DNA of 64,000 bases from Bdellovibrio sp. (GCA_036676395.1 JAKFCY010000003.1:352001-416000); one strand, 5' to 3'; numbered from the stretch's first letter, positions 20,141-30,711 are shown. Notes: a model not told the origin generated them from the letters alone. A program made the numbers and translations.

Positions 20141-21661
20141 CTATTTAGTCGCTTGGAAAATAGCTTTGAATTCGTTAAGCGCGTTAACCATCTCTTTTTT
20201 GTTATCATCAGAGATCGCTTTTTTAGCCACGATATCTGTTAATACTCCAGAGTATTTTTGCTTCATGAATTCAATCATTTCTTTTTCGTAACGTTTAACA
20301 TCAGTTTCAGGAATAGTATCAACATAACCATTTGAAGCTGCGAAAATCATTGCAGTTTGTTCTTCAACTTTTACCGGTTGGTATTGACCTTGTTTTAAAA
20401 CTTCAACTAAACGACGACCACGAGCTAATTGGTTTTGCGAAGCTTTATCTAAGTCAGATGCGAAAGCTGCGAAAGCCTCTAACGCACGGAACTGAGCTAA
20501 TTCTAATTTCATAGAACCGGCAACTTGCTTCATCGCTTTAATCTGAGCGGCACCACCTACGCGTGATACTGATTTACCAACAGAAATTGCTGGACGGATA
20601 CCTTTGTAGAATAAATCTGATTCTAAGAAGATCTGACCATCAGTGATCGAGATAACGTTTGTTGGAATGTACGCAGAGATATCGCCCGCTTGAGTTTCGA
20701 TCATTGGTAATGCTGTTAATGAACCGGCACCAACTGCATCAGAAACTTTAGCTGCACGCTCTAATAAACGGCTGTGTAAATAGAATACGTCGCCTGGGTA
20801 GGCTTCACGTCCCGGAGGACGACGTAATAATAATGACATCTGACGGTATGCTTGAGCTTGCTTAGTTAAATCATCGTAAATGATTAATGCATGCTTACCA
20901 GAATCACGGAAGTATTCAGCCATTGCAGTACCAGTGTATGCAGATAAGTACTGCATAGGAGCTGGTTCAGAAGCTGAAGCTGTGATTACAGTTGTGTATT
21001 CCATTGCGCCAGCTTGACGTAATTTTTCAACAACTAGTGATACTGTAGATTGTTTTTGACCGATCGCTACGTAAAAGCAGTGAACGTTCTGACCTTTTTG
21101 ATTGATGATAGTATCAATCGCAATAGTCGTTTTGCCAGTTTGACGGTCGCCAATGATTAACTCACGTTGACCACGGCCAATTGGTACTAAGGCATCAATA
21201 GCTTTGATACCAGTCTGTAAAGGCTCATGAACCGATTTACGGTAAACGATACCTGGAGCTTTTAATTCTACGATACGAGTCTCTTTAGCGTTTAAAGGAC
21301 CTTTTCCATCAACTGGGTTACCTAAGGCATCAACTACGCGGCCTAATAATTCAGGGCCTACAGGAACTGATACGATTTGTTTTGTACGTTTAACAGTATC
21401 GCCTTCTTTAATGTCGCGATCTTCCCCGAAGATAACCACACCCACTTGAGAAGCCTCAAGATTTAGGGCCATACCTTTTACGCCTGAAGCGAATTCAACT
21501 AATTCACCGGCCATTACGTTTTCTAAACCATAAACGCGGGCAACACCGTCACCTACAGAAAGCACGCTTCCTGCCTCGGCAACTTCTACAGTTTTATTAT
21601 ATTTAGAAATCTGTTCTTTTAAAATACGGCCAATTTCATCGGCTCTGATTTGGGTTTCCAT
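20141..21661 (-). CDS. atpA: ATP synthase F1 alpha subunit
   Basis: GDRQTGKT and [23 protein letters not shown] motifs. Confidence 0.98.
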   Translation of the reverse strand: METQIRADEIGRILKEQISKYNKTVEVAEAGSVLSVGDGVARVYGLENVMAGELVEFASGVKGMALNLEASQVGVVIFGEDRDIKEGDTVKRTKQIVSVPVGPELLGRVVDALGNPVDGKGPLNAKETRIVELKAPGIVYRKSVHEPLQTGIKAIDALVPIGRGQRELIIGDRQTGKTTIAIDTIINQKGQNVHCFYVAIGQKQSTVSLVVEKLRQAGAMEYTTVITASASEPAPMQYLSAYTGTAMAEYFRDSGKHALIIYDDLTKQAQAYRQMSLLLRRPPGREAYPGDVFYLHSRLLERAAKVSDAVGAGSLTALPMIETQAGDISAYIPTNVISITDGQIFLESDLFYKGIRPAISVGKSVSRVGGAAQIKAMKQVAGSMKLELAQFRALEAFAAFASDLDKASQNQLARGRRLVEVLKQGQYQPVKVEEQTAMIFAASNGYVDTIPETDVKRYEKEMIEFMKQKYSGVLTDIVAKKAISDDNKKEMVNALNEFKAIFQATK

Positions 21662-21664
21662 CAA

Positions 21665-22204
21665 TTATAGTCCTCTCTTAATTAAATCATCTTTTAAACT
21701 TTTTAAATGGGCTTGTGCAGAATCGTCCATTGTCCAACCAGCTACTTCGACTTTGAAGCCAGCCACTAAACTTGGATTTTTTTCGAAAGTAAGCTCTACT
21801 TTTTTACCTAAAGCTTTTGAAGCAGTTGCTTCAGCTTGCTTTAAGAATTCAGCAGAAACCTCTTGAGCCGCAGATAATTTGCCTTTTGTGATGCCAGCAG
21901 ACGCTTGCACCAAAGAGCTAAATTCTTTCGCGATATCTTTTAATAAAGCAACGCGCTCGTTTTGTACTAATATAAGAATAAAATTAAATGTTTCAGGAGT
22001 AACTTTTCCCTCTAATGCCGCTTTTGCTACAGATAATTTATTGTCTGCAGTGTTAAACGGGCTTGTGAAAAACGCCACTACTTCGCCAGTGAAAATTTTA
22101 GTGATTTCGTTAAGCTGTTGACCAACTTCGCCGGCAGCACCTTTTTCGTAAGTTACGTCAAATAAAGACTTTGCGTATTTTTTTACTACGTTATTAGAAC
22201 TCAT
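21665..22204 (-). CDS. atpH: ATP synthase F1 delta subunit
   Basis: YAKSLF and PSLVAGFKVEV..WTMDDS; position between atpF and atpA. Confidence 0.9.
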   Translation of the reverse strand: MSSNNVVKKYAKSLFDVTYEKGAAGEVGQQLNEITKIFTGEVVAFFTSPFNTADNKLSVAKAALEGKVTPETFNFILILVQNERVALLKDIAKEFSSLVQASAGITKGKLSAAQEVSAEFLKQAEATASKALGKKVELTFEKNPSLVAGFKVEVAGWTMDDSAQAHLKSLKDDLIKRGL

Positions 22205-22767
22205 GCTTTCACCTGTCCTAAATTTTGTAAAAATCCTGACTCAGATTTTTTAGTAACCGCATCTGCAGTGGCTTTTAGCCCTTGCTCAGTGATTGCCATA
22301 GATTGAGTAATGATTTTTTCGCGAATTTGTGATTTTGCTTTTAACACTTCAGCATTGATAATTAACGAAGTGTCTTCAACTATTTTTTTACCTTGAGCCT
22401 GAGAATCAGTTACCAATTTTTCAGCCGCAACCATCGCTTCTTTTTCGGCTTTGGCGATTGCTGCTGTTTCGCTTTTTTCAAGATCAGCAAGACGAGTTTT
22501 AATGTCTTTCAATTCCGCTTCCGCTAATTTTAAAGCGGCTTCGGTTTTTTGCGCTTCTTCTAAAAACGTCGCTTGGCGAGCAGCAAAAACCTGTGGAATT
22601 GATTTTCTTAATAAGAAAATAAGCGCAGCCAGCAAAATACCTACGTTGATTGCCTGATTGCGAATATCTGTCCAGGGAATGTGGTGATCGTCATGTGCGC
22701 CGCCCCCACTAGCCGCTAATGCAGCTGCAGATACTAATAATGTAGTTGTAAATAATAATGCTTTCAT
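22201..22767 (-). CDS. atpF: ATP synthase F0 subunit b
   Basis: Single TM plus long coiled coil with an N-terminal signal-like extension; operon position. Confidence 0.85.
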   Translation of the reverse strand: MKALLFTTTLLVSAAALAASGGGAHDDHHIPWTDIRNQAINVGILLAALIFLLRKSIPQVFAARQATFLEEAQKTEAALKLAEAELKDIKTRLADLEKSETAAIAKAEKEAMVAAEKLVTDSQAQGKKIVEDTSLIINAEVLKAKSQIREKIITQSMAITEQGLKATADAVTKKSESGFLQNLGQVKA

Positions 22768-22769
22768 TC

Positions 22770-23207
22770 TTATAACCCCTGCTCGAATTTGCCTGTTAGG
22801 GTTTGTGCGATATCCGAAGAAATTTTTGCGATTTCACCGTCAGCAGCCTTCATTTGATCGTCGATATTTTTACGAGCTTTTGTCGCAGCTTCATCGGCTT
22901 GAATTTTTGCTTGAGAAATAATATCAGCTGATTTTTTTAAAGCTTTATTTTTTTCGGCATCAAAAATATCGCGAATTTTATTATTCACTTCGCGCGCTTT
23001 GGTTTGATAAACCAATTGCAAATTTTTAGCTTCAGCGGCCGCATCTTTTGCTACTGCATCTGCACCTTTTGTTTTTTGAAAACGTTTATCAGCGGCTTTA
23101 AAATATGGACCATAAACCACCGTCGTTAAAAACGTAATCGCTACGATAAAAATAACGACTTGAATGTACGCAGTCGTATTAGCTCCTAATTGGAGAAGAA
23201 TCTGCAT
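22770..23207 (-). CDS. atpF2: ATP synthase F0 subunit b'
   Basis: TM (YIQVVIF...VVYGPY) plus coiled coil; first gene of the atp operon. ATG 23207 follows GGTGAG. Confidence 0.8.
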   Translation of the reverse strand: MQILLQLGANTTAYIQVVIFIVAITFLTTVVYGPYFKAADKRFQKTKGADAVAKDAAAEAKNLQLVYQTKAREVNNKIRDIFDAEKNKALKKSADIISQAKIQADEAATKARKNIDDQMKAADGEIAKISSDIAQTLTGKFEQGL

Positions 23208-23267
23208 AACGATCTCACCAATTTTTGAGAAAATTTCCATAGGCATCCTTATGTTAGAAAACACCTT

Positions 23268-23298
23268 GGAATAGCATTGTATTTAATTTGAGGTCAAG
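23268..23298 (-). promoter_or_regulatory. Putative sigma-70 promoter of the atp operon
   Basis: Minus strand TTGACC-N18-TATTCC with a TG extended -10. Confidence 0.4.
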
Positions 23299-23386
23299 AT
23301 CTAAGAGCCAGCTGGGTTTTTGCAAGGCAAGTGAAAATTAAATAGCTTCCGCTTTATTTTCATACAGCCGGAAGCTTTGGCAGATT

Positions 23387-23716
23387 TTATGTTTTAGGAA
23401 TATACGAGGCGCCCTCAAAAACCACACCCTCTTCTATCTTAAGACTTGGAGCAGTTACTGTGCCTCTAAAATGAGCTGGTGGCAGCATGATCACTTTAAC
23501 GTGAGCCGTGATATTGCCCTCAAAAGTGCCTTTTACGGTAATGCTGCCAACTTCAACATCGGCTTTTACAAAGCCCGTTTCGGTGATTATTAATTCATCA
23601 CGCGAAAAAATCTCTCCGTTAAACTGGCCCGAAATTTTTGCAGTGCCGCTGAAAGACATACGCCCCTCGATGGCGCAGCCTTCTTCAACAATAGCTGATA
23701 TAGAGTGTTGATCCAT
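23387..23716 (-). CDS. Bactofilin (polymer-forming cytoskeletal protein)
   Basis: IEGRMSFSGTAKISGQFNGEI...LIITETG.VKADV...GTFEGNI.A...L.IEEG..FEG beta-helix pattern; 1-nt overlap with the parB stop. Confidence 0.9.
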   Translation of the reverse strand: MDQHSISAIVEEGCAIEGRMSFSGTAKISGQFNGEIFSRDELIITETGFVKADVEVGSITVKGTFEGNITAHVKVIMLPPAHFRGTVTAPSLKIEEGVVFEGASYIPKT

Positions 23717-24681
23717 TATTCAGTTAATCTTTCGTAAATACTATTAAGTTGCTCATCCGAATAAAAGTGAATCGTTAACTCGCCCTTACCTTTTTTGTAA
23801 GAGATAGTTGTCTTGGTGCCTAAAGCCTTTTGAACCTGAGAGGCCAATTGCTGCGCAAGTTTTTCTGGCATATCTAATTCTTTAATTTTTGCATCAGAAG
23901 ATTCGTCTTTATGGCCGCCAGACTTTAAAAGTTGTTCTAAAGCACGAACCGATAGGCCTTTTGCTTGAACGGCTTTTGCTAAGCGCATTTGCTCTGGTTT
24001 TCCGTCTACAGAAAGAATTACTTTGGCATGTCCTACTGAAATCATTTTATCAGCGATCATATTTTTGATTTCAAATGGCAATACTAATAGGCGCAAGGCA
24101 TTGGCCACGGAAGATCTTTCTTTTCCAACTTTTTCAGCCACCTGCTGTTGCGAAAGATTAAATTCTTCCATTAAGCGCTGATAACTTTCAGCCTCATCAA
24201 TAGGGTCTAAATCTTCGCGTTGAATATTTTCAATTAATGCCAATTGAAGTGCTTCTTGATCAGTGAAGGCTTTAATTAATGCTGGAATTTCATGTAATCC
24301 GGCAATTTGAGCTGCTCTCCAGCGACGTTCACCGGCTACGATTTCAAAACCACCCGCTTGGCGCTTGCGAACTACGATGGGCTGTAGAATTCCGTTTTCT
24401 TTGATCGATTGAGCCAATTCATTTAATTGTTCTTTTTCAAATTTTTTACGAGGCTGATATTGGCCAGGAACAAGTTTATCTACGGCAATCGACCATATTC
24501 TTTTATCTTCATCGATTTTTTGTTCGACAATTTTTTCTACGATTTTTTCCACAACAACTTGTCTTGGCTCTTGATTAGCCACAGACTTTGGTTGAGTAGT
24601 CGCTCCAGCAGCTACGTCACCAAAAAGTGACATTTTTCCAAGACCGCGTTTTTTGTTTGAATTTTCTGTATTGTTTTCCAT
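23716..24681 (-). CDS. parB: Chromosome partitioning protein ParB
   Basis: QPRK.F, GILQPIVVR, AGERRWRA, ENIQREDL and HTH; N-terminal RGLG ParA-interaction peptide. Confidence 0.95.
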   Translation of the reverse strand: MENNTENSNKKRGLGKMSLFGDVAAGATTQPKSVANQEPRQVVVEKIVEKIVEQKIDEDKRIWSIAVDKLVPGQYQPRKKFEKEQLNELAQSIKENGILQPIVVRKRQAGGFEIVAGERRWRAAQIAGLHEIPALIKAFTDQEALQLALIENIQREDLDPIDEAESYQRLMEEFNLSQQQVAEKVGKERSSVANALRLLVLPFEIKNMIADKMISVGHAKVILSVDGKPEQMRLAKAVQAKGLSVRALEQLLKSGGHKDESSDAKIKELDMPEKLAQQLASQVQKALGTKTTISYKKGKGELTIHFYSDEQLNSIYERLTE

Positions 24682-24684
24682 GTG

Positions 24685-25494
24685 TTACAGCTCTTGACTT
24701 GGTTGTTTGTTTTGTTCTAAAACTTCAGTTTTGCGTTTTGCGATGATCTCTTTGCCCAATTCTAGGTACATTAAAGCACCAATGCTTCTTGGGTCGTAAC
24801 CAAAAATAGATACTCCGTGGCTAGGCGCCTCAGATAGACGAACATTTCTCGGAATGATCACGCCAAACACTTTATCTTTAAAATGGGTTTTAATTTCTTC
24901 AACCACTTGGTGGCTTAAGTTGTTGCGCTTATCAAACATCGTTAAAAGAATACCTTCGATATGCAAGTTGGGATTGATGCCCTTTTTGACTAAACCCGCA
25001 GTATTTAATAGTTGAGACAACCCTTCTAAGGCGTAATACTCACATTGAAGTGGAACTAAAAAGCTATTGGCCGCTGCCAAAGAGTTTAAAGTGAGTAGTC
25101 CAAGCGATGGTGGGCAATCAATGATAACGTAGTCATACTGATGAGAAACCGTCTGAATAGCCTGTTTTAGACGAAACTCACGCTGTGGCATATCCACCAG
25201 CTCGATTTCAGCCCCCACAAGGTCAGGATTTGCAGTAGCAATATGTAGATTGTCGTGATTGGCTCTAAAAACGACCTCAGATAGGGTACTTTCGCCGATT
25301 AAAACATGATAAATATTCTTTTCTTCGGTCTCGTGCTTCTTAATGCCTAGTCCGCTGGATGCATTTCCCTGGGGATCCATATCCACCACTAATACTTTTT
25401 TACCTAACTGAGCTAAGGCAGACGATAAATTCACTGTAGTGGTGGTTTTTCCCACTCCACCCTTTTGATTGGCTACGCAAATGACTTTAACCAT
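24685..25494 (-). CDS. parA: Chromosome partitioning ATPase ParA/Soj
   Basis: NQKGGVGKTTT, DMDPQGN, DCPPSLG and QCEYYALEG motifs; GGAGGA RBS before ATG 25494. Confidence 0.95.
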   Translation of the reverse strand: MVKVICVANQKGGVGKTTTTVNLSSALAQLGKKVLVVDMDPQGNASSGLGIKKHETEEKNIYHVLIGESTLSEVVFRANHDNLHIATANPDLVGAEIELVDMPQREFRLKQAIQTVSHQYDYVIIDCPPSLGLLTLNSLAAANSFLVPLQCEYYALEGLSQLLNTAGLVKKGINPNLHIEGILLTMFDKRNNLSHQVVEEIKTHFKDKVFGVIIPRNVRLSEAPSHGVSIFGYDPRSIGALMYLELGKEIIAKRKTEVLEQNKQPSQEL

Positions 25495-25514
25495 GATGTT
25501 TTCCTCCAAAGAAA

Positions 25515-25530
25515 TGTTCTACGTGGAACA
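25515..25530. other. parS site 1
   Basis: TGTTCTACGTGGAACA, one mismatch from a perfect parS palindrome. Confidence 0.85.
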
Positions 25531-25601
25531 ATGTGAATATCCTGTCCCTCGCATGTGTTCTTTACAAGAAAATACTTTAGTGCCGCACTATTTAATCCGA
25601 T

Positions 25602-25617
25602 TGTTCTACGTGGAACA
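25602..25617. other. parS site 2
   Basis: TGTTCTACGTGGAACA, identical to site 1. Confidence 0.85.
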
Positions 25618-25618
25618 T

Positions 25619-26146
25619 ATGCAAAAACCAATAAAACTCCTTCTTTTTACGCTCCTGCTGATCGGTTTGGCGGGTTGTAATAAGCGCGATCCCAACCCAG
25701 AGAATAAAGATGCTGTTTTTGCCCAATTAAATAAAGATCTAGCCGAAGCAAAAGTCGCACTCGCCTATGTCGCCGATTATATTAATACAAACAAACTAGA
25801 TCTTGAGACTGCCGTTCCACAATCAGGCGAACAGCCGGTTTATGTGAAAAGAATAAATGAAGGGCTAAACGCGCAGACTTATGCCGCACAACAGGTGCGC
25901 GCATATGAAGTTCGCATCGAAGAGCGAAAATTATATGTTCAGCGACGTTATTTAGAAAGTCTTACGCCTAATGGCAGAAAATGGCCCGAAGAGGGCGAAG
26001 CCGAAGCTGAACTATTAAAACTACAGATGCTTCGGGAAAAAGTCGCGCGCGTGAAGAACACGTTGCCAAAAGCCGAAGATAAAAATGTTCCACGTGGAAC
26101 AACCGATGGAAAAACTCCGGCAGTAGCTCCCGCAAGTTCTCATTAA
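25619..26146 (+). CDS. Hypothetical lipoprotein (coiled-coil)
   Basis: MQKPIKLLLFTLLLIGLAG-C lipobox, helical body, divergent from parA. Confidence 0.75.
   Translation: MQKPIKLLLFTLLLIGLAGCNKRDPNPENKDAVFAQLNKDLAEAKVALAYVADYINTNKLDLETAVPQSGEQPVYVKRINEGLNAQTYAAQQVRAYEVRIEERKLYVQRRYLESLTPNGRKWPEEGEAEAELLKLQMLREKVARVKNTLPKAEDKNVPRGTTDGKTPAVAPASSH
26086..26101. other. parS site 3 (within lipoprotein CDS)
   Basis: Perfect palindrome TGTTCCACGTGGAACA. Confidence 0.88.
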
Positions 26147-26161
26147 TAACGTAATTTTAAA

Positions 26162-26812
26162 TTAGGCGATCTTTGTCGCCGCAATAACATAGAAACTAGA
26201 ATCTGTTGTCGGAAGCTTATATTCATGAAAAAGTTTAGGCGACCAGATAGAACAAAGCTGTGTTGGTACCTCAGAAATTTCTATCGGCCAATCCGAAGCT
26301 TTCATAAAATACATCACACCATTAACTTTAAAAGATTTGCGTAAAGCTAAAAAAGCTTTCGACAAAGTCGTGTATCCCCGACAAATGGCTTGCTCAATTG
26401 AATCTTCTTCAAGAGTTTCTGCAGACAGCGGAATAACAAAAATATTTTTTGCACCGGTGATTGCGATAACTTTTTTCAAGAAGTCGCACCGACGTTGGTC
26501 TGAGTCGACAAGGTGCACGCGCACGTCAGGATAAGCCAAGCCGATGACCATTCCTGGAAAACCATTTCCAGAGGCTATGTCATATAAAGGCTCGTTTTTA
26601 TTAATGTTTTTGTAAACTGATTCGAAAGCAAGGAGTGAATCCGAAAAATGCACAAGATCTGCATGGGGAAGCGATTTATCTGAGACTAGGCTTAGGTTTT
26701 TATTGGCTTTGATAAGTTCTTGGTTAAATAGACTTAGCTTATCAATCGCATTTTGCGGAAGTTTTGGAAACCATTTAGCTAAGCGCCAGTTGACTTGTAA
26801 TTCAGAGCTCAT
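26162..26812 (-). CDS. rsmG: 16S rRNA m7G527 methyltransferase
   Basis: NLSLVS..HFSDSL, DIASGNGFPG and LVDS..RRCDFL motifs; follows mnmG. Confidence 0.88.
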   Translation of the reverse strand: MSSELQVNWRLAKWFPKLPQNAIDKLSLFNQELIKANKNLSLVSDKSLPHADLVHFSDSLLAFESVYKNINKNEPLYDIASGNGFPGMVIGLAYPDVRVHLVDSDQRRCDFLKKVIAITGAKNIFVIPLSAETLEEDSIEQAICRGYTTLSKAFLALRKSFKVNGVMYFMKASDWPIEISEVPTQLCSIWSPKLFHEYKLPTTDSSFYVIAATKIA

Positions 26813-26833
26813 GAGAAATAGGTCCCTCTCAAA

Positions 26834-28702
26834 CTATAAAAATTTATTACCTTTAAGATAAATCATTATAGCCTGAATTGCTGACGGATTCACACCTGAA
26901 ATTCTTTGCGCCTGACCTAAAGTGCGTGGCTTAACTTTATTTAGTTTATCAACTTCTTCGTTCGATAACCCTTTAATATTTGAGAAAACTAATTCTTGTG
27001 GAATTTCGAGCGTCTCTAATTTTTTAGATTGTTCGATGATTTCGTACTGTTTCTTCACGTAGCCAGAATACTTAACTTCGATCTCTACAGCCTCGGTGAC
27101 CACTTCATTTTTATTAACTGGAAAGTCTAGCTTCTCAAGATGTGAAAAATTGATCTCGGTGCGACGTAAGAACTCTTCCATAGTGACAGGCTTTAATAAA
27201 GGCTTACTGCCCATTTCAACAATTGTGTCGTTGATCGCTTTTTTTGGATAAAGAATCGTAGATTGTAGCTGACCTAGTAAAACACTGCGCTCATCTTTGA
27301 TAGCCATTAGCTGATTCAGCTCTTTTTCAGAGACTAAACCGATCTTTTTCGAGATATCCGCCAAACGATCAATCGTATTGTCTTCACGTAAGACTAAACG
27401 ATGCTCGGCACGTGAAGTAAACATGCGGTAGGGCTCGCGAGTGCCTTTAGTTACAAGGTCATCAATCAATACACCCGAATAAGCTTCAGATCTTGATAGG
27501 ATAAACTCTTCTTTTTCTAATAAACTGTGTGAAGCATTTACGCCGGCAATAAAACCCTGAGTGGCAGCTTCTTCATACCCGCTAGTTCCGTTAATTTGCC
27601 CTGCTAAAAATAGATTTTTAATCGGACGAGTTTCTAGGCGGTGATGAATCTGAGTTGGCTCAATAAAATCATACTCAACAGCGTATCCGTAGCGAACTAC
27701 TTTTACGTTTTCTAAGCCAGGAATAGTCTTTAAGAACTGATCTTGTACATCAGCTGGCAAGGACGTCGAAATACCCTGTAGATAAATCAAATCACTGGTT
27801 AAACTTTCTGGTTCTAAGAAAGTTTGATGTGTGCCTTTTTCATGAAAGCGCGTCACCTTGTCTTCGATAGATGGACAGTAACGTGGCCCAACGCCTTCGA
27901 TAATTCCGCAATACATAGGAGATTTATCTAAGTTGTTTCTGATAATTTCGTGCGTTTGCTCTGTCGTGTGCGAAAGATAGCACAGCACTTGTGGCAGGTA
28001 AAATTCACGTTTTGATTTAAAACTGAACGGGTAAAACTTTGGATCACCCTGTTGCGGCATGGTTTTACTCCAGTCGATACTATCTTTATGAAGGCGCGCA
28101 GGAGTTCCCGTTTTTAAACGTTGAACAGTAAAACCGAATTCACGCATTTGATCAGAAAGCCCCACAGAAGCCGCATCGCCGACGCGTCCACCTGGAGTTT
28201 GTTCTAAACCGATATGCATAACTCCATTTAAAAAAGTTCCTGCCGTAATGATCACGCGCTCAGAAAAAATTTGCGAACCATCTTGTAAAACTACACCACG
28301 GCATTCGTTACCGTCTAAGATAAGATGTTTTACTTCGCCCTGAATTACTTCTAAATTTTGTTGGCTATACAAGGCTGTCGTTTGAATTTGTGAATATATT
28401 TTTTTATCGTTTTGCGTACGTGTTCCACGAACCGCTGGGCCCTTAGAGGCATTTAGTCTTTTAAACTGAATACAAGATTCATCAGCGGCGACACCCATTT
28501 GTCCGCCAAGCACGTCGATTTCGCGAACCATGTGGCCTTTGGCTAATCCGCCGATAGATGGATTACAAGACATGTAACCTATGCGATCGATATTACTAGT
28601 CACCATCAGGGTTTTTAATCCTAATTTAGCTGGCACTAAACAGGCTTCAATTCCTGCGTGACCTGCTCCGACTACAATGACTTGATACGAATTAGATTTC
28701 AT
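26834..28702 (-). CDS. mnmG: tRNA uridine-5-carboxymethylaminomethyl modification enzyme GidA
   Basis: GAGHAG.EA, MSCNPSIGG, GPRYCPSIEDK and AGQINGTSGYEEAA motifs. Confidence 0.97.
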   Translation of the reverse strand: MKSNSYQVIVVGAGHAGIEACLVPAKLGLKTLMVTSNIDRIGYMSCNPSIGGLAKGHMVREIDVLGGQMGVAADESCIQFKRLNASKGPAVRGTRTQNDKKIYSQIQTTALYSQQNLEVIQGEVKHLILDGNECRGVVLQDGSQIFSERVIITAGTFLNGVMHIGLEQTPGGRVGDAASVGLSDQMREFGFTVQRLKTGTPARLHKDSIDWSKTMPQQGDPKFYPFSFKSKREFYLPQVLCYLSHTTEQTHEIIRNNLDKSPMYCGIIEGVGPRYCPSIEDKVTRFHEKGTHQTFLEPESLTSDLIYLQGISTSLPADVQDQFLKTIPGLENVKVVRYGYAVEYDFIEPTQIHHRLETRPIKNLFLAGQINGTSGYEEAATQGFIAGVNASHSLLEKEEFILSRSEAYSGVLIDDLVTKGTREPYRMFTSRAEHRLVLREDNTIDRLADISKKIGLVSEKELNQLMAIKDERSVLLGQLQSTILYPKKAINDTIVEMGSKPLLKPVTMEEFLRRTEINFSHLEKLDFPVNKNEVVTEAVEIEVKYSGYVKKQYEIIEQSKKLETLEIPQELVFSNIKGLSNEEVDKLNKVKPRTLGQAQRISGVNPSAIQAIMIYLKGNKFL

Positions 28703-28753
28703 GTGCCCTTATAATTGTAACGCTTCGTCCGTTACCCTTTGTGTTTAGGGCGA

Positions 28754-30151
28754 TTACTTCCCTAAGCAGAATTCTTTAAAAACGCGATCCATAATTTGAT
28801 CGTCAAAATATCTTCCAAGAATTTTTTGTAACGCTAATAGTGAGTTCTTTAAAGTCTGTGCAACGAATTCGCTTCCGAGTTCATTTTCTAATTCAGTGAT
28901 AGATTGATCGATTAGATCCATCGCCGCATTTGAAAGTTCGAACTGTCGGGCTGATGAAATAACCGATTCATCGCTAAACTTTTCAGACCCCATAATAGTG
29001 CTTACACGAAGTAATATCGTATCGCGGGCAGTAACATCAAGGGCTGAGACAGGAACCACATCGATAACCCTGGGGCCACCCTCTAAATCCTGTAATTTTT
29101 GCTTAATTTTTTCGGGCGCTTCAGAACTGGCTTTATCGGCTTTATTCGCAAGGATCAGGGCGTTTCCCTTAACCATGCGAAAACGCTCAAGATCGCCCTG
29201 CTGGAGGCCTAAAGAGCTATCAAACACAAACAGCGTAAGATCTCCGCTTTCGATCTCTTTAAGTGATCTTTGCACCCCGATATTTTCAACAACATCGATA
29301 GTATCGCGTAAACCTGCGGTATCTGAGATATTAAATTTAATGCCATTGAAAAAAGTATGGCCAACAACCACATCACGAGTTGTTCCTGCGATATCGGTTA
29401 CAATCGCCTTTTCGTCTAAAACTAAATTATTTAACAAACTTGATTTACCCACATTTGGTAAACCTGCCAAAACTAACTTAATACCATCTTTTAAAATTTT
29501 ACCCTGACTGTATGACCCAGTTAAAATTTCTAGTTCGGCTTTTAATTCTTTTAATTTTTGAATCAGCACTAATGGATCAACGACATCAATGCCTTCAGTT
29601 GAAAAATCAATTGAAGCTTCAATGTGAGCCAGGCACCAAGTTAGTTTATCTTCTAGGTGCTGAAATTTTTCTGAAACTTTGCCTTCGAGCTGACGCAGTG
29701 ACATTTTTAGAGCGCTATCTGATTGGCTTTCAATAACTGATAACACCGCTTCGGCTTGTACTAGATCCAGCCTGTCATTCATGAACGCGCGATAGGTGTA
29801 TTCGCCTTTTTCTGCAGTGACAGCACCGTATTCAACTAAAGCTTCTAATATTTTTTTTGTAACATGTGGAGAACCATGTGAAGAAATCTCGATGGTCTCT
29901 TCTCCGGTATAAGATTTACCCTGAGCAAAGGCCGTAACCACAACTTGATCGATGATTTCATTTTTACTGTTGGCAAATTTTGCGAGATAAACTTTATGCG
30001 ATTCGATTTTTTTGCGGCCCAGGCTTTTACAGGCTTTTTGAATAATTTTATAAGAATCTGGGCCACTGAGTCTGATGACTGAAATGGCCGCAGTTCCGGC
30101 TGCTGATGCTAACGCACAAATCGTTTTTGCTTCGCGATTAGCATCGAACAT
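28754..30151 (-). CDS. mnmE: tRNA modification GTPase MnmE/TrmE
   Basis: GLPNVGKSS, GTTRD, DTAG and NKAD motifs; C-terminal FCLGK. Confidence 0.97.
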   Translation of the reverse strand: MFDANREAKTICALASAAGTAAISVIRLSGPDSYKIIQKACKSLGRKKIESHKVYLAKFANSKNEIIDQVVVTAFAQGKSYTGEETIEISSHGSPHVTKKILEALVEYGAVTAEKGEYTYRAFMNDRLDLVQAEAVLSVIESQSDSALKMSLRQLEGKVSEKFQHLEDKLTWCLAHIEASIDFSTEGIDVVDPLVLIQKLKELKAELEILTGSYSQGKILKDGIKLVLAGLPNVGKSSLLNNLVLDEKAIVTDIAGTTRDVVVGHTFFNGIKFNISDTAGLRDTIDVVENIGVQRSLKEIESGDLTLFVFDSSLGLQQGDLERFRMVKGNALILANKADKASSEAPEKIKQKLQDLEGGPRVIDVVPVSALDVTARDTILLRVSTIMGSEKFSDESVISSARQFELSNAAMDLIDQSITELENELGSEFVAQTLKNSLLALQKILGRYFDDQIMDRVFKEFCLGK

Positions 30152-30159
30152 TTTTTAAA

Positions 30160-30711
30160 TTACCCTTCGTCAGACATAGAAGCATCTGGTGCTTCAGTGC
30201 CATTGGCTTTAACTGGAAAAATTTTAATTTTTTTGTATAAGCCATCACCTAACGAGCGACTTTTTACGCGCGCATCTAAAGCTAAATATTGGTGAACAAC
30301 TTTACGCTCTTTCGGAGGTAAAGCGCGGTAATAAACTGATTTACCCTGTTCGATAGCAATAGTTTTTAAGTGTTCAGCGCGCTCGATAAGAGCAGCTTCT
30401 GATTCTTGACGGTATCCGCCGCAATCAACTAATACATTTGTTTGCACATCTGGAAAGTTATGTTGAGTAACGCGTTTAATGATTAATTGAAATGCGTCTA
30501 ATAGCTGACCTTTGTGGTCTTTTAATAACTCTTCGTCTGCGCCAGAAAAATCAATTTTAATTTCAGTGATTTCTTCTTTTTTGGTGATTGCTAGATTGTA
30601 CTCTAAATCAAAACCACCTTTTTCTAAAATTCCTGACAATGTTGCTTCAACAACTGCGTCGATATCTGATTTTTTTCCACCACCAAATAATTTTGCGAAA
30701 AATCCTGCCAT
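30160..30711 (-). CDS. jag: Jag/KhpB (EloR) RNA-binding protein, KH + R3H
   Basis: GQLLDAFQ, VDCGGYR and ERKVVH..SRSLG motifs; position between yidC and mnmE. Confidence 0.85.
   Translation of the reverse strand: MAGFFAKLFGGGKKSDIDAVVEATLSGILEKGGFDLEYNLAITKKEEITEIKIDFSGADEELLKDHKGQLLDAFQLIIKRVTQHNFPDVQTNVLVDCGGYRQESEAALIERAEHLKTIAIEQGKSVYYRALPPKERKVVHQYLALDARVKSRSLGDGLYKKIKIFPVKANGTEAPDASMSDEG

Noticed and set aside
24515..24560. VEKI repeat in the ParB N-terminal linker
   Set aside because: This is a short low-complexity linker repeat with no evidence of function.
25469..25618. N-terminal extension of the lipoprotein ORF with repeated FYVE peptide
   Set aside because: The repeat is just the two parS sites read in frame; the real start is ATG 25619 before the lipobox.
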